Shown: piece by piece, positions 20,593-31,474 of the stretch
Layout of the letters: each line of letters begins with the position of its first letter
Numbering within the stretch: position 1 is the first letter of the stretch
Assembly: GCA_030059675.1 (NCBI GenBank)
Contig: JANVYQ010000001.1
Span: 160,001-224,000, forward strand
Source of the DNA: Candidatus Pelearchaeum maunauluense
GTDB taxonomy: Archaea; Thermoproteota; Nitrososphaeria_A; Caldarchaeales; Caldarchaeaceae
Reading direction: 5' to 3'
DNA length: 64,000 nucleotides
Notes under the pieces: generated by a model
Told to the model about the DNA's origin: nothing
The model's input: only the letters and a program-made list of their open reading frames with translations
Databases searched by the model: none
Translations under genes and position numbers: made by a program

Positions 20593-21600
20593 CTTTCAGG
20601 GAATGGTTAATATCCACTGCAACACAGACATACTAGAGAAGGATTTCGCCTTCTTCCACACAGATAACAGTTATCTACCACGTATAGAGCTATATATAGA
20701 CCAAATCAACCCACCTGAAAACATCCGAGTATCTATTGGAAAGAGCTACCTCATAACGGATGATGGCATATTCTTCAGCTATCGGTGGGTTAGGCCTGTA
20801 AATCTATGGCTCAGAGGAGTTGAGTCTGACATAACCCGCATAGTAGGTACGCGGATGTATTATTTTCTGGGTAATCTGGTAAAAAGTGGCTATGAGCTTA
20901 TGAGCTTGTTCAGGGCTGTTTTCACGCTAAAGCTGCTTCGCAGGAGCTTCTGTCTATTACCCGCCGCCGTGGACTTTAGTGGCAAGGGAGTTCTGATAGT
21001 GGGTATATCCAATACAGGGAAGACCTCCACCACGCTATCTTTAATGAGCCTTGATAAAGAATCAAAATACATCACTGACCAGTTTGTTGTATGCGGTTCA
21101 AACGCTATATGCTATGGACTCCCTAATAGCATGCTTATATCTAGGAGCGCAGCCGACGACTTTCAGATAAAACTTGGTTTTTCCAAGACCGTTAAGAGCT
21201 ACATTAAGTCATTAGCTTCATGGCTGTTGACTAAAAAGCTCGTTAATAACAAGACCTGGGTTAGTCCCTGCGAGTTATTTCCTAGAGAGAATAACGCTTG
21301 AAACTCGTGCAGCGTCTCTACTCATAGTGAGGAGGTCAGGGTTAGGCGATTCGGTGAGAGCTGTCTAGGGAGGAAGCATATAATATGCTTAGGACTATAA
21401 TGCTGCATGAAAACGCGTGGATAAGTAATCCCATATTGACAACCTATGCCGTAGCCCATCAGCTTAGCCTTACTGATAATTTTGAGTTGGAGAATAGTAT
21501 AGTGCGGGCTTTTGTTAATAGGCTTGATGGTATTTTTCTCGTAAATCTCTCATCTCCCAGGTCAATTAAGAATATGCGGGTTGTTAAGGAGATTCTCTAG
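20579..21600 (+). pseudogene. HprK-like P-loop protein, frameshifted
   Basis: AAVDFSGKGVLIVGISNTGKTS; plausible continuation through shifted frames into ORF 21385..21600. Confidence 0.55.
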
Positions 21601-22654
21601 CCTCGCCAAAATATTTCGCCAGTATATCCACGTACTCGTATCCATATGAGGACACTGGCTCTGGGCTGCTATTGTGGTTATGTCTGTAGAGGGTTGCTGG
21701 CTCTATCTGAGTGCCCTCATGGTACTGGTTCCACGTCTCAACTAGGAGCCACTTGGCTGATGACGCCTTCATGGGAGCTACGGCATCTTCAAAGGCCTGG
21801 GGGTCTCTCTCAAGCCAGGGTGTTGTGTCATACTTCCAGAAACCAGGAGAGACGAAGAAGGAGCAGGGCGAGAAGTCAGCGTACCTATTAGCTGGCGCGT
21901 ATTGATGCCAGCTATCCACCCTATCAGCCACAGACCTCCAGCCTGGAAAGACCTTCAAGACAACATAGATGCCTAGCCTCTCTCACGACAGACCACCTAT
22001 TGACATACCCGAAGGTATCGTCTCCCTCACCATAGACAAATATTACTGGCTTTCCATTAACCTTCAGATAGTTTGGGTCTTGTGCATAGTTATCCAGTAT
22101 GTAGCGTATGTCTCTCTCTAGCTGTGAGATTGAGGGGTCGCCGTATCCTTCTCTCTCATAGTAGATTGCCCAGAGTAGTGATGGGTATGGATTGTCGCTT
22201 CTTTTCATATAGTCTTTGAGAATTAGTCTAAAGACCTCGACCTCATACTCGCCTATCCCCCACCAGGATACGATGACGAACTGGATGCCAGCCCTCTTCA
22301 TAGCTACAACTTGCCATTTGAAGACCTCATAGTCGCGGCTGTCGTAGAGCTCGCGCGCTGGGTTGAAGGTAGCTGGGTCTATGTCGGGCAGGTAGTTTGA
22401 AGCCCACGTAGCTGGCGGCGTATGACCAGCTTCGCGCCAGTGTCTATACTCTCCAGCACCATACCAGGGATAGAAGAACGTCCCCAACAACTGCCCATCG
22501 GTTGAGATTCTCTCCCTCTCTTCATCGTCGTTTACGAATACTACAACTGAGGTTGAGGCGATACTATTAGGCCGCTGTCCGCTATGATTATGGCTAGTAT
22601 TACTGCTGGAATTGTAAGCATATAGGTGTGTTTTTTGGGTGATAGGGAGAACAT
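21584..22654 (-). pseudogene. GH99-like (endo-alpha-mannosidase-like) glycoside hydrolase, frameshifted
   Basis: FFYPWYG, VSWWG, YLKVNGKPVIFVY, VSPGF, TWNQYHEGTQIEP; frameshift near 21975; hydrophobic leader in another frame from ATG 22654. Confidence 0.75.
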
Positions 22655-22956
22655 CCTACCGTGTAGGTATGACGGGATTTATACCTTCCTACCTATCAGG
22701 TTAGTATCTACTTAAATACCATCATGCAAACCAGCTCAACCCTTAATAAAACACCCCCATTATCAGGGTAATACGCAACAATTGGCCATTGATTTAGCAA
22801 ACCCACCTAACATAGCTAGGCGCATTAACAACGAACAGGGAATATGCAACAATCGCGTCATCAAAAATAACTGAGTGTAAAATTCGTGATACGTGTCTAA
22901 AATTGGATGAAAGATATAAGTTGCGGGTTATTGCGCCTAACCCGTGAGGAATTGCC

Positions 22957-23781
22957 TTGGCGGGGCAAAGGCGAAACTTTCTCAAGATGATATTCGGCTC
23001 GGCTTTCTTGGTTACTATCGCGCCTTTCCTCTCTTGGGGCGGCTTCCTTTTTAGGAAGGAGAAGACAGGCGAGGAGCTTCGGCAGAAGGTTGCGAATATA
23101 AGTGAGGTGCCGCCCAACTCAATTGTTACATTCCCATTCCCGCGGACGGGAAACCCCAAGGTTGATTCCGACCCGTTTAGGCAGTATGCGCTAATACACC
23201 TGCCTAATGGTGATGTCAAGGCGTTTAGTAAGGTGTGCGTCCATCTGTGGTGTCTGTGGGGCTATTTCCCAGACCTGCGTGAGATACAGTGCCCCTGTCA
23301 TGGCAGTATCTACAACCCCGATACTGGCGTTGCAACCGCTGGCCCCGCCGCTCTACAGCCTTACCCGACTAACGCGCTGCCTGAGCTGAAGGTTGAGGTG
23401 GATGAGAACGGCGACATCTATGTCACGCATCTAGACGGGAAGGTTGGGTATGGCCGCGAGTGGAAACGCGCTCTAGATAGCATACAGAAGCTCGCGGAAA
23501 CCGCCCCAGATAAGGAGGTTGTGGCGTATGTCCCATTCGTAAAGCCCCTTCAGTCCAAGAATATCAAGAGCTTCTTGAGTAGGTATAATGTTCGTCTAAG
23601 TAAGGCGTATGGCTATTCTGGGCAGGGTAAGAACCGCGAGTGGCTGGAGAGCGACGCGGTGGATGAGGCTCAGAGCATCATGGATGCTGCTTATGGTCTT
23701 GATGTTGTGGCTAAGCCGCGCGACCTTCTAAAGATAGCCGACGACAACAACGTTTTCATCGTCTATATTAGACGTGGCTGA
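22957..23781 (+). CDS. Rieske [2Fe-2S] protein with Tat-like signal and C-terminal extension
   Basis: QRRNFLK, CVHLWC, CPCHGS. Confidence 0.92.
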   Translation: MAGQRRNFLKMIFGSAFLVTIAPFLSWGGFLFRKEKTGEELRQKVANISEVPPNSIVTFPFPRTGNPKVDSDPFRQYALIHLPNGDVKAFSKVCVHLWCLWGYFPDLREIQCPCHGSIYNPDTGVATAGPAALQPYPTNALPELKVEVDENGDIYVTHLDGKVGYGREWKRALDSIQKLAETAPDKEVVAYVPFVKPLQSKNIKSFLSRYNVRLSKAYGYSGQGKNREWLESDAVDEAQSIMDAAYGLDVVAKPRDLLKIADDNNVFIVYIRRG

Positions 23782-24456
23782 ATTACCGTCTAAACGTTTT
23801 CTGCTGGATTGGCGGGTAGGAGGCGGAGGAGGATAGTAGCCTCTTATAGGCGGCGTTTCGGGGACGGAGAAGAAGCCGATGATTGTGAATATCACGCCGA
23901 TTAGAGCAACTATGATTAGTCCTATGAGCATAGCCCAGAAAACCCCAGGCGCGATGGGGAACGTGGTTGGCGGAGCCTGAGTTAAGATTGGCTCGCGTAG
24001 AAAAGACATAATAGAGGAAATCATTACGGCCACAAAAATCAGAGCTAGTATTATCGCTATTATCCTCATCCAGCCCGCGTATCTAAACCATTTAACATTC
24101 AAGGTCGAGGCAGCGGAGAAGTTGGCGGCTATCTCCAGTATCCCAGCAATAAACCCCAGTAGCGCGAGCACTATCATCAACGGCCCTACGATAAGGAATA
24201 GAGAGGATAGGGCTGTTGGGTCCACAAATCCGCCTAGCATGGATGTTAGCATCATGGGAGGGGACAACACAACACCTATAGCTACTACATAGATTATGAT
24301 TATTAAGACACCCGCAGCAATCATCACGCCCCTCTGTACATCTCTACCCATCAAAATCCACGCTATTCCCACGAGTATAGGCGCGATAATGTTGGCGAAG
24401 GGTATCAACATGAGAATGTATCCTATACCTCCTAACCACTTATACGCTCCGCTCAA
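23728..24456 (-). CDS. DUF996-like multi-pass membrane protein
   Basis: KWLGGIGYILMLIP start, IIGFFSVP, Pro-rich tail. Confidence 0.6.
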   Translation of the reverse strand: MSGAYKWLGGIGYILMLIPFANIIAPILVGIAWILMGRDVQRGVMIAAGVLIIIIYVVAIGVVLSPPMMLTSMLGGFVDPTALSSLFLIVGPLMIVLALLGFIAGILEIAANFSAASTLNVKWFRYAGWMRIIAIILALIFVAVMISSIMSFLREPILTQAPPTTFPIAPGVFWAMLIGLIIVALIGVIFTIIGFFSVPETPPIRGYYPPPPPTRQSSRKRLDGNSATSNIDDENVVVVGYL

Positions 24457-24549
24457 TATTCCCTCGGCAATTTTACCGCTGTGTGATTTATAATATTTCC
24501 TTCGGATTTAAATAATGGCCTTTCCACGCATTAGATTTAGAATTTTGCC

Positions 24550-25896
24550 ATGAGTCAGCGTGCTGAAAGCGGGCCGTTGGGGCGTGTCTTTGACGAGTTC
24601 GTGAAGTGGCTTATGGATAGGCTTGAGAGAACACCCCTTATGGCGTTTAGGTTCCAAGTTCCACGTGTCTTCGTAAGCCCCTTCGGGTATCTCGGCATGC
24701 TCACCGCGATAACGTTCCTAATCCTCGGCATAACTGGCGCTCTTCTGATGTTCTACTACAGGCCTGACATAGAGCTGGCGTATGACAGCGTTAAGGAGAT
24801 AGAGGAGAACGTGGAGTTCGGCTTCTTCCTAAGAAACATACACTACCACGCCTCAAACATGATGGTACTCCTAGCACTAGCGCATATGTTCTACCAGTTC
24901 TTCTCGGGCAGGTTTAAGGTGCGTAACGAAATCCTCTGGGTTACTGGGGTTATTCTGGGTACTCTCACGATTCTTGAAGCATTCACGGGCTATGACCTGA
25001 TACTCAACCAGCGCGCCATGCTCGCTGTCAACATAGCTGGTGGCTTGACCTTCTCAACCCCCTTTGTTGGCGAGAGCCTAGCAGCCATACTCCTTGGCGG
25101 CGGCCTCTACGACCTAGTGCTCCGCTTCTACGCGCTCCACGTCTTCATACTCCCGATGGTCATGCTCCTCCTAGTAGGCGTCCACTTCCCCCGCTTCCTA
25201 GTCTTTGACCCACCTATGGTCTCCGCCACGATAGGCTCTATACTGGTTGTCGCTGGCCTCTTCCCCGTTGAGCTAGGGCCAAAGTACAGCCCTACCGCTG
25301 CGTTGATTGAGGTGCCTGAGTGGTATCTTACTGGGCTCTACGCGTTCATTAGGACTGGACTTGACCGCTTCATCGCAGGCGCCCTGCTCCCGCTCCTCTT
25401 CATCCTAGCCTTCCTAGTTGTTCCATTCGTGGATAAGTCCAAGAAGCTTAGCTGGAGGGATAGACCGTTCTTCACAGCCTTCGGAATAACGTCCATAGTC
25501 CTTATCGCCGTTACTACTGTCTGGGGCTTCTACACAGTGCCAGGAGTCCCTGCGTTTGACGCGGTGTATATTGAGCCGATGGTCTTCTGGCCCGTGCTCC
25601 TCATACTAACGGCTGCGACCTTCGGGATTAGCTATAAGTTCGTTGCATCTCCTGGGAAGCAGGCCAAGCCACCTACGCGTGGAAGGCCTATAGTTATTCA
25701 GATTCCCTACGAGTGGGATGTCCGTATAATAATGGCTCTCCTAGCGCTCATAGCGTTCCTAGCTCTGCTCTCGTTCCAATACTATTTGGATGGGCTGAAG
25801 AACATAGCTCTCTTCAACCTCGGCGTTGTTCTGATGATATTCGGCCTGATAGCGCACCTCTATAGGCATGCTATGCAGCAGATTAGCCGCCGCTAA
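24550..25896 (+). CDS. Cytochrome b of a bc-type complex
   Basis: RNIHYHASN...LAHM, RFYALHVF...GVHF heme ligands; PEWY. Confidence 0.95.
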   Translation: MSQRAESGPLGRVFDEFVKWLMDRLERTPLMAFRFQVPRVFVSPFGYLGMLTAITFLILGITGALLMFYYRPDIELAYDSVKEIEENVEFGFFLRNIHYHASNMMVLLALAHMFYQFFSGRFKVRNEILWVTGVILGTLTILEAFTGYDLILNQRAMLAVNIAGGLTFSTPFVGESLAAILLGGGLYDLVLRFYALHVFILPMVMLLLVGVHFPRFLVFDPPMVSATIGSILVVAGLFPVELGPKYSPTAALIEVPEWYLTGLYAFIRTGLDRFIAGALLPLLFILAFLVVPFVDKSKKLSWRDRPFFTAFGITSIVLIAVTTVWGFYTVPGVPAFDAVYIEPMVFWPVLLILTAATFGISYKFVASPGKQAKPPTRGRPIVIQIPYEWDVRIIMALLALIAFLALLSFQYYLDGLKNIALFNLGVVLMIFGLIAHLYRHAMQQISRR

Positions 25897-26818
25897 GCTT
25901 CTCCTTTCTCCTATTCCCCGCAGCTTCTGTCAAGTATCCGCAGAGTAGGTAGAAGGTTATCCATCCTTTGAACCTACCCCAGTGGTCTATGGTTTTCCTT
26001 ACCTTCTCGCTTGGCTGGGGCTTGTCGTTGAAGAAGTAATGCGCTACTGCGCGCCTCACGCCTAGGTCGTCTGGGAATGATGTGTGCGGCCTCGCGAGGA
26101 CGGCTGTGAGAACCAGCTCGGCGCTCCACCTCCCCAGGCCTGGGAAGCGCGTAAGCTCCTGCACAACCTCCTCGTCGCCCATTAGCCTTGGCCGCTCAAA
26201 GTCGTAGCCTTCAATAGCTGCTTTCGCCAATTCATGGATATAACGCGCCTTCTGGCGCGAGAGCTTACAACTCCTGAGACCATCTACACCAGCGTTAGCC
26301 AAGGCTTCGGCGGTGGGGAAGTCATAGTAGTCAACGCCGTTAACTGTTAGCTTCTCTCCAAACCTCTTTACAATCTCCGCATTAGCTATGTATGCCACGC
26401 GTAGGGATACTTGCTGCTGGGTGATTACCCTGACTATCCCCTCAAAGACCAAGGCTCCAAAGACGGGAGGCTTAAAGCCGTAGAGGAGCCTGAACAGCCT
26501 GCTTAGCCTCTTATCGCCTTTCAGCGTGTCGTAGAGCTCGTTAAGGTCGTCGTCCAGCCTGAAGACCAGCGCTATCTTACGCGCCAGCTCGCTTTTCTCA
26601 GCGTCGGTAAGCTCTGCGTGGGCTGTTATGCGTAATAGCGGGCTATCCACATGGCCAGCGGCCGAGACCTCAACAGGTATTTTCTTACCCTTAACCGTGA
26701 AGATGCGGCGCCAGATGTTGTTGCTGTATATCTCTGGCTGCGGCTCCAGGGAGCCATAGAACCTCCACTGAAGCTCCATGCTGTACGGCGGCCTGGGCTT
26801 TAGCTCAAAGATGGTCAA
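25883..26818 (-). CDS. alkA: DNA-3-methyladenine glycosylase (AlkA, HhH-GPD)
   Basis: ITQQQVS, FPTAEAL, LTRFPGLGRWSAE, PDDLGVRR. Confidence 0.88.
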   Translation of the reverse strand: MTIFELKPRPPYSMELQWRFYGSLEPQPEIYSNNIWRRIFTVKGKKIPVEVSAAGHVDSPLLRITAHAELTDAEKSELARKIALVFRLDDDLNELYDTLKGDKRLSRLFRLLYGFKPPVFGALVFEGIVRVITQQQVSLRVAYIANAEIVKRFGEKLTVNGVDYYDFPTAEALANAGVDGLRSCKLSRQKARYIHELAKAAIEGYDFERPRLMGDEEVVQELTRFPGLGRWSAELVLTAVLARPHTSFPDDLGVRRAVAHYFFNDKPQPSEKVRKTIDHWGRFKGWITFYLLCGYLTEAAGNRRKEKLSGG

Positions 26819-26894
26819 GGCAGCATACTCCCTCCATGAAGACTGGCGCTATATGTTTAATGCCAGAGACACCAGCCTGATTGGGGTGTGCGCG

Positions 26895-28331
26895 GTGCAT
26901 CGCGCGGGTAGGCTGGAAAAAGGCATGGACGAAGAAGCTGCACGATACACTTCATCACTGGAGTTTGACCGTGAGATTCTGGAGGCCGTGATATACATCA
27001 ACATGGCTCATGTGCGGCTTCTTGAGCGCGTAGGCGTGTTATCAGAGCAGGAGGCCCGCGAGGCTGTCGCGCTTCTGGGTAAGCTTCTGGAATCACCCCC
27101 CATGCTGGATAGGCATGAGTTTGAGGATATTCACATGGTTGTTGAAGACTGGTTGTCGCGCCGCTCTCCGCGCGTGGGCTCTATGCTCGCTTTGGGCAAG
27201 AGTAGGAACGACGCGGTGGTGGCGGCGATTAAGCTACGCCTGAAGCAGAGGGTAGCGCAACTACACGAGTCAATAGATGAGCTATGTGCTACGCTTCTTA
27301 AACAAGCCGAGAGGGAGGCGGAGACCATATTCCCAGTATATACGCATCTACAACGCGCGGCTCCAGCCACATTCGGCTTCATACTGCACGGCTACGCTAC
27401 GCGGCTGTTGAAGCTCTACCCACATCTAAGGCTTGTGTATGAGCTCTGCGACGAGTCTCCACTGGGCTCGGCCGCTGTTGCTGGAACCAGCGTACCGCTG
27501 GATAGGGAGTATGCCGCCCAGTTGCTGGGGTTTGGCAAGATAAGCGATAACGCTCTAGAAGCCACCGCTTCCCGCGACTTCATCATAGAGAGCATATCCC
27601 TAACGCTCCTCGTAGCGCTGATACTCTCCTCACTGGCCGAGGAGCTGGTGCTATACTCGTCTGAGGAGTTCAGCCTCCTGGAGCTTCCCGACGAGCTGTC
27701 AGCCACGAGTAGTATTATGCCGCAGAAGAAGAACCCAGTGGTGGCCGAGATAACTAGAACCAAGGTGTGGGAGGTATTGGGTCTTCTCTCCACTGCATTA
27801 GGGATAGCGGCGCGCCAGCCCAGCGGCTACAGCCTAGACCTCCAGCAGATAACCCCCAAGCTATGGAAAGCCCTAGACGAGACGGTCAGCGCACTACGCC
27901 TCACCACCAAGATGATTGAGAACCTATCAATCAATACGGCTAGAAGCGCCGAGGCGTGTAAGCCTCCTACGGGAATAGTGGAAGTAGCAAACCACCTAAC
28001 ACTAAACTATGGGGTACCGTTTAGGAAGGCTCATAACCTAGCGGGCAGGCTGAGCAGGCTAATCAGCGAGGGAAAGCTAACACCTGAGACATTTCAACAG
28101 ACTCTCCAAGAGGCTGGCGTGAGCGTTGGCATAACGCTTGAAGATGCGCTACAACTCATGGAGCCGCGTAGAGTTATTCATGGATACAAGACACGCGGCT
28201 CGGCCAACCCACAGTATGTAAAGACAGCCGTTAAGCAGGCATTCCAAGAGCTGGAAAGACAACGTGAATGGTTTTTGGAGAGACGTAGAAAGATGGAGAA
28301 CGCGCTTGCAACGCTTAGAGAGGCGGAATAA
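26895..28331 (+). CDS. argH: Argininosuccinate lyase
   Basis: KSRND, YTHLQRA, SSIMPQKKNP; likely start GTG 26895. Confidence 0.93.
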   Translation: MHRAGRLEKGMDEEAARYTSSLEFDREILEAVIYINMAHVRLLERVGVLSEQEAREAVALLGKLLESPPMLDRHEFEDIHMVVEDWLSRRSPRVGSMLALGKSRNDAVVAAIKLRLKQRVAQLHESIDELCATLLKQAEREAETIFPVYTHLQRAAPATFGFILHGYATRLLKLYPHLRLVYELCDESPLGSAAVAGTSVPLDREYAAQLLGFGKISDNALEATASRDFIIESISLTLLVALILSSLAEELVLYSSEEFSLLELPDELSATSSIMPQKKNPVVAEITRTKVWEVLGLLSTALGIAARQPSGYSLDLQQITPKLWKALDETVSALRLTTKMIENLSINTARSAEACKPPTGIVEVANHLTLNYGVPFRKAHNLAGRLSRLISEGKLTPETFQQTLQEAGVSVGITLEDALQLMEPRRVIHGYKTRGSANPQYVKTAVKQAFQELERQREWFLERRRKMENALATLREAE

Positions 28332-28389
28332 GTAAGACTGTTAGAGAGCTAGAAGACCATAAACTCAGCAGGATTAAAATTAAGAATTT

Positions 28390-29454
28390 TTACGCTTGTC
28401 TAGCAAGCTCCGCTACGGCGTTGGCATAAATCGCGGCGGACCTCTTCAAATCGTCTATCGTTATCTGCTCCTCGCATGTATGCGCTAGGAGAGAGTCTCC
28501 AGGGCCGCATGCCACTATGTCGCTGGTTATGGCGTAGAGGGTGTTCATGTCGCTTGTTCCTGTCTTCTTCACGATGCGTGGCTTTAGGCCTAGCCTTAGC
28601 ATGGCGCGTGAGAGAGCTCGCGCGGTCTTCGTTGATATGCTGGTCTCTACGGGCTCGGTTGTGTCTATGACTGAGACGCTGCACCCAGCCTTCTCAGCCT
28701 CCCGCGCTATGTTCTCCAACAACTCCCTGGAGCTGTAGGGCTTTGGGTAGCGGATGTTTATGGTTGCCTCTGCTTTCTCAGGCATTCTAGTAGCCCAGTC
28801 CCCGGCATGGAGCGTTGTGAGAGCTGATGTAACGTCTTCATAGCGCGTGCCGCCGTACTCGTTCTTGATGTAGCTCCATAGGGTTAGCACTTTTTCTAGA
28901 GCCGAATCAGCCATGTAGGGGGCTGAACTATGCCCTCCCCGCGCCCTGGCCTCAACACGTATCGTTAAGCTACCGCGGTAGGATGTGGCTATTCCTGTAA
29001 CGCCTGTAGGCTCGCCTATGATTATGTGATCTGCCTTGAAGCCTCGTTCAACTAGTCGCTTAGCGCCCAGCCCCGCGCCCTCCTCGTCAGCCAGCCCCGC
29101 GACAACCACCCTAACCCCCTCCAGCGCGTTCTTCACATAGCTTGCGCCCACCAGCATGCATGCTACGGAGCTCTTCGCGTCAACAGCGCCGCGGCCGTAT
29201 ATCTTCCCGCCTGAAATCTTCACGGGAAGCTCTCCAGGAACGGTATCAACATGGCTCGCGAGCATTATGGTTTTTTCGCCAGCGCCGTAGGAGGTGAAAA
29301 AGCTACCCGTCTCGTCTCTCCAGCTCCGCGGGAAACCCAGCTCCCTACATAAACGATACCAAGTATGCTCCAGCCTCCGCTCCTCGCCAGGCGGAGTATA
29401 AACCTCAAGCAGCTGGACCAAAACCTTTACGACTACGTTCTCGTCTATCTCCAA
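28390..29454 (-). CDS. lysK: [LysW]-lysine/ornithine hydrolase
   Basis: SHVDTVPG, GRGAVDAK, DEEG, KTGTSDMN, GPGDSLLAHT. Confidence 0.9.
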   Translation of the reverse strand: MEIDENVVVKVLVQLLEVYTPPGEERRLEHTWYRLCRELGFPRSWRDETGSFFTSYGAGEKTIMLASHVDTVPGELPVKISGGKIYGRGAVDAKSSVACMLVGASYVKNALEGVRVVVAGLADEEGAGLGAKRLVERGFKADHIIIGEPTGVTGIATSYRGSLTIRVEARARGGHSSAPYMADSALEKVLTLWSYIKNEYGGTRYEDVTSALTTLHAGDWATRMPEKAEATINIRYPKPYSSRELLENIAREAEKAGCSVSVIDTTEPVETSISTKTARALSRAMLRLGLKPRIVKKTGTSDMNTLYAITSDIVACGPGDSLLAHTCEEQITIDDLKRSAAIYANAVAELARQA

Positions 29455-29491
29455 AGCTGGTTAGGGCTTCAACGCGCGCTTTAATTTAGCC

Positions 29492-29943
29492 TTATTCGGC
29501 GTGAGGTACGACTATCACGGGTATCCGTGCTCCTTCTATAATTCTTCGGGCTAGGCTTCCGAGGGTTGCTGCCCTGCGTATTCCGTGGAGGCCTGTTAGC
29601 CCTATGACGATGTACCTGGGCTTGCGTGCCTCTGCTGCTGCTACAACACGCTCAGCCACATCCCCACCTCTACTATGGTATCATACTCCACGCCAGACCC
29701 AGCTACCCTCTCACCAAACCTCTGCAAAATCTCCTCAACAACCTTGGTGCTGTAAAGATACTCAGGACTAACCTCTATACGTTCAGTCTTCATGAACTCC
29801 AGAAACTCTGTAGGAACCTCAATACGTGGAATAACGTGCACGAGGATTATCTTAGCGCCTATCTCTTTCGCCAGGGCTACTGCCTCGTCAACCACCTTAT
29901 ACGAGTGGGGCGAGCCGTCTATCGCCATGAGTATAGAAGACAT
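29492..29943 (-). pseudogene. Universal stress protein with 1-nt deletion in a G run (29662-29665)
   Basis: ILMAIDGS start; adding one G restores GDVAERVV...IVIG..G...LGSLARRIIEGARIPVIVVP to stop 29492-29494. Confidence 0.8.
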
Positions 29944-29985
29944 GAACGGCCTCTGTTAATTTCTCCAGAGCCGCGTAGATAAGCT

Positions 29986-30744
29986 TTACACCAGTTCAGT
30001 CTTACACTTGACATAGAAGTCAAAGAACCTTATGTATCCTTTACGGTAGTATGATAGGCCTATCAGCAGGTCTATCGGCAGCAAGAAGACCTTCCCTATG
30101 TTCCTTATACCAGACTCTACTAGTGTGAGGCGTCTATCAGATACCGAGACTACGCGCACGCCTGAGATGAACTTGCCGAGGGTCTGGCCCTTATAGCTCT
30201 CCAAGAGCGTGAAGGTGATGAAGGCTGCGAAGAAGATATGCGAGTATGCTTGAATAATCTCCGTCGCGTGTTGCTGGACATCTAGCCAGTGAAGCTGTAT
30301 GAGGTGGTGTATGTTTGGGTCTAGGAATGCGCCAGTGGCTATGAAGAATACTAGAACGTCTATCAGGAAAGCCGCGGCTCGTCTCGTTACTATATCCTTA
30401 TTCAGGGGAGGCGGCGTCGGTAGGATGTCATCAAGCTGCTGCTCCCTGCTGGCTCTCTTGATAAGCTCATACGCCAGCCTGCCCGTCTTAGAGAGTATGT
30501 AGCTCCCGTTCTCCGTCGTCTCTAGGAGCGGCCGCATATTTCTTAGATGGAAGTTAAAGAGCCCCTCCTCAATCCTAAGCTCGCGGAGAAGCTCAGAATA
30601 GGTCATCTCAATACGCTCATGCAGGAGCAGTACTATTGAACGCCTTACTGTATGGCTTAATATTCTGAAGATGTCATCATGCTGCTCCATCCGCCTACCA
30701 TGGCCACGGCTCTTTCCCTCCTCTGGTCTAGCATCCCTGCTCAT
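29986..30744 (-). CDS. ArsR-type winged-HTH fused to RDD membrane domain
   Basis: FRILSHTVRRSI...FNFHLR..Y.LS..G; RRAAAFLID, GQTLGK, RNIGK. Confidence 0.8.
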   Translation of the reverse strand: MSRDARPEEGKSRGHGRRMEQHDDIFRILSHTVRRSIVLLLHERIEMTYSELLRELRIEEGLFNFHLRNMRPLLETTENGSYILSKTGRLAYELIKRASREQQLDDILPTPPPLNKDIVTRRAAAFLIDVLVFFIATGAFLDPNIHHLIQLHWLDVQQHATEIIQAYSHIFFAAFITFTLLESYKGQTLGKFISGVRVVSVSDRRLTLVESGIRNIGKVFLLPIDLLIGLSYYRKGYIRFFDFYVKCKTELV

Positions 30745-30970
30745 AAACTCGGTTCAGACCTACGCCATATGCTCTCCGCCTGTTTATTTAGTCTTTCAAG
30801 AAACACCACAAAACGCCGTAAATATGCGGTATAGGGAGATGAAGTAGCCAAGGGAAGTATTCTTCCCCCACCGCGTAGATGCTTGTAAAACACTTTCGCC
30901 GCGTGCTTGTTCTCAAATTCCCTAAAACCCTTTTCATATGACCATTACACACTATCACCCGGGGTGATTC

Positions 30971-31456
30971 ATGGAAATGGCGCGTGATGGCGCGATATAC
31001 ATTAACGTAATCTCGCTGATATTGATAGCTGCATTGCTTGGTGTAGTAGTGTATTTACAGAATGATGTTCGCGCTTTAAGGAGTGAGATTCAGGAGCTTA
31101 GGGAGACAAGTAGCGGATTACCTGCAAAAGAGTTTACGTTAGAGACAACATTCTCTGATGGGTTTGCATTTTTGGGCAAGGGCGGCGCAATAGATGGTGT
31201 GAAGAATCCTACGCTAAAGGTGAAGGTTGGGGATGTTGTGAAGATAACTATAGTGAATGGCGATGGGGTTGGGCATGATTTCGTCATAGATGAACTTAAA
31301 GTCCATGCTGACCACGTGAAGGAGAAGGGCGAGAGCGTTGATGTAATATTCAAGACCGAACAGCCAGGCGAATACACATACTACTGTAGTGTCCCTGGTC
31401 ATCGCGAGGCTGGAATGGAAGGAAAGATAATAGTGGTGGAGGAAGACCAGCACTAA
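30971..31456 (+). CDS. Membrane-anchored cupredoxin (type-1 Cu)
   Basis: N-terminal TM; NPTLKV, GHDF, YYCSVPGHREAGM. Confidence 0.88.
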   Translation: MEMARDGAIYINVISLILIAALLGVVVYLQNDVRALRSEIQELRETSSGLPAKEFTLETTFSDGFAFLGKGGAIDGVKNPTLKVKVGDVVKITIVNGDGVGHDFVIDELKVHADHVKEKGESVDVIFKTEQPGEYTYYCSVPGHREAGMEGKIIVVEEDQH

Positions 31457-31474
31457 ACCTAAATTCCCTATATT

